In this document: piece by piece, positions 62,799 through 64,000 of the stretch
Numbering within the stretch: position 1 is the first letter of the stretch
How the letters are laid out: each line of letters opens with the position of its first letter
Assembly: GCA_964391805.1 (NCBI GenBank)
Contig: CAYMNK010000006.1
Coordinates: 466-64,465, forward strand
DNA: 64,000 bases
DNA from: an uncultured Christensenellaceae bacterium
GTDB taxonomy: Bacteria; Bacillota; Clostridia; Christensenellales; CAG-1252
Direction: 5' to 3'
Notes under the pieces: generated by a model
Database searches by the model: none
What the model saw: only the letters and a program-made list of their open reading frames with translations
Told to the model about the DNA's origin: nothing
Translations under genes and position numbers: made by a program

Positions 62799-64000
62799 AT
62801 GAACTGGCTTAAATATTTCACTTTGAATTTTTTTAATAAAAAATACGCGGATGAAAGCAAAAAAAGAAGCCTCTGGAACGGCATTTTAAGCTTCTTACTT
62901 GCTATCGTTGTATTGTATGCTGTTTTGTGTATAATGGCGAATGTTACATTCCCAATCAACTATAATAAATCCACTCAATTTAAAAGTTTTTATCAAGGGC
63001 TGTTTGCAGGTGATAACGCCATATCTATCAAAATTGAAAACGGACAATCCGAGTATATAAACGAAGATGTTGACTTGGTTATCAACTCGTTTGTTTCAAA
63101 TGAAGACAAGGAAAAGTATTCCGCAAACGGATATAATGTAATCGTTGATCTTAGAGACAATAATAATTTGTATAACAATTGTAAAATCACGTATGTTAAA
63201 GACGATATTACAATCGAATATGACGAATACATCGAGTTGGGTGATGCCAAGAAAGAAGAATATACCATTTGCAAAGAATACGGAAATGACATCGTAGAAT
63301 TTAGTGAGGAAGTAGTAGATTCCTATGTTTCTTTCATTAACGAGCACGGTTCGGATGAAGATAAACAAGCCCTCGAGGCTTTGTTAACCGACGGTATAGT
63401 CGATGTCGAAAAATATGGTGCTGTATATGAACTTTATTTTGATTCCAAATATTCTGTTGAAGCAACTACAATGCGTGATTACTATTTATCGGTGTATTTG
63501 TCGGTAGATGATGATGGGGCTACGTTGTTCGATAATTACGTTATATTGCTTCAGGATATTGCGTTGGTTGCTTGGCACACCGATAACGGACAAGTGATGT
63601 CGCTTTCGGGCTATTATACCGATATAAATCTTGAAATCGGCGGTGATAATTACGGACAAGAAGCCGATGAACTCGCAGTCGCCATATTCAATGCGAACAA
63701 AACCTCTCTTTGGGTGAACTACGCGTTATATATGGGTAGCGCAATCTTTATAATAGTATTTATTTGGTTATTATTACCTATGTTTATATCAATTATCGGA
63801 TTTATATCTAAGTATTCTTCGATATCCAATTATGGCGAAATGTCTAAAACTTTAGGCGGATTTTGGCTCGGAAGCGCGATTCCGTCTTTGATTTTTGTGG
63901 TTATCGCATCTTTCTTTATGTCACAAACATATGTGTTTTATTTAAGCATAGGAATATTGATAGGTGTTGCAATTTTGCGTACAATTATTCACTTTATTCC
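62799..64000 (+). CDS. membrane protein, function unknown (N-terminal 400 codons; runs off the right window edge)
   Basis: ATG 62799 lies 5 nt after GGAGG. Own translation: MNWLKYFTLNFFNKKYADESKKRSLWNGILSFLLAIVVLYAVLCIMANV.. (TM), then an about 250-aa soluble domain, then several TM segments (..LWVNYALYMGSAIFIIVFIWLLLPMFISIIGFI..). Open to position 64000, and absent from the track for the same reason as the giant gene. Confidence 0.7.
   Translation, partial: MNWLKYFTLNFFNKKYADESKKRSLWNGILSFLLAIVVLYAVLCIMANVTFPINYNKSTQFKSFYQGLFAGDNAISIKIENGQSEYINEDVDLVINSFVSNEDKEKYSANGYNVIVDLRDNNNLYNNCKITYVKDDITIEYDEYIELGDAKKEEYTICKEYGNDIVEFSEEVVDSYVSFINEHGSDEDKQALEALLTDGIVDVEKYGAVYELYFDSKYSVEATTMRDYYLSVYLSVDDDGATLFDNYVILLQDIALVAWHTDNGQVMSLSGYYTDINLEIGGDNYGQEADELAVAIFNANKTSLWVNYALYMGSAIFIIVFIWLLLPMFISIIGFISKYSSISNYGEMSKTLGGFWLGSAIPSLIFVVIASFFMSQTYVFYLSIGILIGVAILRTIIHFI

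Overview
64-kb chromosomal segment from a low-GC, Firmicutes-like bacterium (standard genetic code; ATG/GTG/TTG starts; GGAGG-type RBSs). It splits into two very different halves.

(1) Positions 1-35.4 kb form one co-directional minus-strand locus, almost entirely devoted to three huge secreted or surface proteins:
- an ORF open from its lipoprotein start at 17633 to the left window edge (>5,877 codons). It is absent from the supplied ORF track because it has no stop in the window;
- a 1,070-aa Big_2 + beta-helix protein;
- a 3,033-aa MBG/YDG-repeat protein.
These are interleaved with an ABC exporter (ATPase + 560-aa permease), a small lipoprotein and a small membrane protein. An O-antigen-ligase (Wzy_C)-like membrane protein sits at the head of the locus.

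(2) Positions 35.4-64 kb are housekeeping: Rrf2(IscR-like)-nifS-nifU, ileS-leuS, a CwlD-like amidase, an Isf-like flavoprotein, a ParE/Phd toxin-antitoxin pair, two GH3 beta-glucosidases, a lysine-riboswitch-controlled amino-acid ABC importer, a 56-aa ferredoxin (too short for the track), a CNNM/CorC protein, an AMP-ligase, YqeY, glyQS and a GNAT.

Non-coding highlights:
- a family of structured intergenic repeats (core CGCTCAGTATGAC, about 10 copies in six intergenic regions, with covarying hairpin stems);
- an ORF-less promoter-to-terminator unit with a perfect 25-bp hairpin upstream of glyQS.

No rRNA, tRNA, CRISPR array, transposase or integrase was recognised. Promoters and terminators are consensus or hairpin calls made by eye. 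Family names are recalled from motifs, not from searches.
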